Of a stretch of 64,000 bases of DNA, positions 61,505 to 64,000 are shown one piece after another (position 1 is the stretch's first letter; every line of letters begins with the position of its first letter). Source of the DNA: Eledone cirrhosa (lineage: Eukaryota); the NCBI GenBank assembly GCA_964016885.1, contig OZ024743.1:121644001-121708000 (forward strand). Reading direction: 5' to 3'. Below the pieces are notes generated by a model. That model did no database searches. It saw nothing but the letters and a program-made list of their open reading frames with translations, and had not been told where the DNA came from. Position numbers and translations under genes: made by a program.

Positions 61505-64000
61505 TATTAAGAACAATATACGTAATCTCTTTAACCAACATAACCTAAAAATTGAATTTGATAATAGTATCAAACTAGCTAATTTCTTGGATGTATCTAT
61601 TAATCTTGACACTGGCCTATATTACCCTTACCATAAAAACAATGAGAATCTTAATTATGTTAACTTTAAATCTAACCATCCTACCAATATCAAGAATGCT
61701 ATAGTTAATAATATTGGAAATAGAATATCTAACATATCTTCTAATAAAAACATCTTTGATGCTAACGCCAATTACTATAATAACGCACTTTCTAAAGCCG
61801 GCTATCCAGATAAAATCAAATATAATAAAGAAACAAATTCTAGGAAAACTTACAGTTTAATCATAACCATTCCAATAATTTTAATAAAAGACCTAGATAC
61901 AAAAACATAATCTGGTATAATGCTCCTTTCTCCATCTCTATTAATAACAATATTCCTAAATTATTTTTTAGTGCCTTAAATAAATGCTTCCCTCCCTCAC
62001 ATATCTATAGTAAAATATTTAACAAACACACCATCAAATTTTCGTATTCTACATCCTCCAATATTTCCAACATCATCTCTAAACACAACAAAATATTAAA
62101 TACTAAATCTCTTCCTTCCAATATTGAATTTCATAATAACAGTAATAGTACTCCTGACGTCATTGTAAACCCTAGGCTAACTTCTGTAAACCCAAATGCA
62201 ACGTCAAACACAACTTCGCTAAATGTTCATAATCCAACTCTAAATCAAGAAACTATTATTCCTATTATTCCTATCGCAAACAACTTCTCCAATCCAATTC
62301 CTTCTATAGATAACACTAGATCACTCATTAATAATCTCTCTAATTGCAACTGCCGCATTAAAAATAAATGTCCTCTCAACAACCATTGCCTCGATAAAAA
62401 CTTAATTTATGAATGTAAAATTATAACTAGCACCAATTCCTTCACCTATTTTGGCTCCACTTCCACCTCTTTTAAAGCTCGTCTCTATAATCATCATTCA
62501 TCTTTCAAATACAAACTTAAAAGAACTAACACTGCTCTCTCAGAACTCATATGGTCCTTAAAAGACAAAAACATTAAATATAACATCTTTTGGAAAAAGA
62601 TTTCTTCTGCATCCTCATACTTGAACAGCTCTCTATCTAAAATCTGTAATCTCTGCCTAAATGAAAAATTTACCATTATCTCTAACCTAGAATCCATAAT
62701 AAATAGACGCTCAGATTTGTTTTCTATCTGCCTGCATAAATTCCATAGAACTTTTCACAAAGTATACAGTTAATATTCAATTCTTTATCAATTTAGAATC
62801 TTTTCTCAAAGGCACATATACATACACCTCTTTAAAATATACCCATCTACCTTACTTTAAAGGGCATTATACACTCTATAATACTCGTTTACTCATTACC
62901 CTCATTCTATCTTCTCGTAAAACAATAACATTTGTTTTTGACATTTTGAATATTCATCCGCAATCATTATTATTTTTTCTCTCTATCATAAATCTTTTTA
63001 ATCTCAATTTCATCCTTAATTTATTATTATATTTTTTTAATATATACTCATATATTCTTTAAAATATACCCATCTACCTTACTTTAAAGGGCATTATACA
63101 CTCTATAATACTCGTTTACTCATTACCCTCATTCTATCTTCTCGTAAAACAATAACATTTGTTTTTGACATTTTGAGTATTCATCCGCAATCATTATTAT
63201 TTTTTCTCTCTATCATAAATCTTTTTAATCTCAATTTCATCCTTAATTTATTATTATTTTTTTTTTCTCCCCATCAACGAACTCATTATTAATACATATG
63301 AATTCAATATACAAACTTTAACTTCACATTATTTTTCTCAAATCCTTCTACACATAAACTTTTTTTCTCTTTGCTAATTTTGAAATTCCCACAATACATA
63401 CATTTCTTCTTTTGACGTTAGAATATTCACCCACAATTATTATTTTTTTCTCTCTATCTTCATACATAATTTCCCTTCGTTAATTTTCAAATTCCTTTAA
63501 TTTATACATTATCTTCCAACGGTTCCCAACCTCTCTATATTAAAACATTATATCTTTTTCTCAGTTATAAAAACTATCTCTTTCTCTCTATCACCCATCT
63601 CTCCCTTTCCACCTTCACTCTCATCTCCTCCCCTTTTTTTCATCCTTTCCAACCCCCCCCCCTCCCTAAATAAAATATTTTTTCCTCGCACATATCCTCC
63701 CTTCGTTAATTTTCAAAATTTTTAATTTATACAGTATCTTCCAACGGTTTTCAACCCCTCTATATAAAATATATCTCCTCTCAGTTATAAAAACTATCTC
63801 TTTCTCTCTATCACCCATCTCTCCCTCTCATCTCCTTCCCTTTTCATCCTTTTCTCCCCCCCCCTCTCTAAATAAAATATTTTTCCCAATATCACACATC
63901 AATCTAAAACCACTTTTCATATGTTGATTTAAAACTGCACTATCAACAAGTGTTTTTTAGCCTTCATATCATGTTCTCCTGTTTTATCTGATGAAAACAC
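61505..64000 (+). mobile_element. 5'-truncated PLE (RT thumb, linker, GIY-YIG, 3' UTR); HHR begins at the window edge
   Basis: LKIE..ANFLDVSINL..SNHP; after a frameshift IIWYNAPFS..CNCRIKNKCPL..YFGST..CNLCLNEK..INRRSDLFSICLH, stop at 62773; gttttatCTGATGA near 63981-63994. Confidence 0.88.
62830..63890 (+). repeat. Tandem duplications in the PLE 3' UTR
   Basis: ~62830-63035 repeated at ~63057-63262; ~63473-63690 repeated at ~63700-63887. Confidence 0.8.

Overview
AT-rich eukaryotic DNA, most likely octopus (inferred from the SINE/RTE/(TA)n repeat content). The only host gene I can support is a minus-strand PTGR3/ZADH2-like oxidoreductase, with two coding exons at 38029-37893 and 28310-28223; the rest is not found in the window. 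Almost all long ORFs in the track are (TA)n artefacts. The window is dominated by (TA)n-targeting Penelope-like retroelements (PLEs) with C-terminal GIY-YIG domains resembling the Hydra clade: one near-intact copy at about 6845-11100 and several remnants. At least ten minimal type I hammerhead ribozymes (HHRs) from several unrelated pseudo-LTR (pLTR) families can be folded by eye. Three patterns stand out. (1) Repeated head-to-head inverted pLTR pairs in which only one arm carries the 3' tail, including non-coding fold-back elements. (2) A short YGAGYGCT motif 45-75 nt from the (TA)n junction, shared by otherwise unrelated tails. (3) A retrozyme-like unit of about 442 nt. Also present are tRNA-derived SINEs, RTE, CR1-like, L1/Tx1 and R4-like LINE fragments, non-autonomous Helitrons, and piggyBac and Tc1/mariner MITEs. 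All calls are from manual reading; no searches or folding programs were run.
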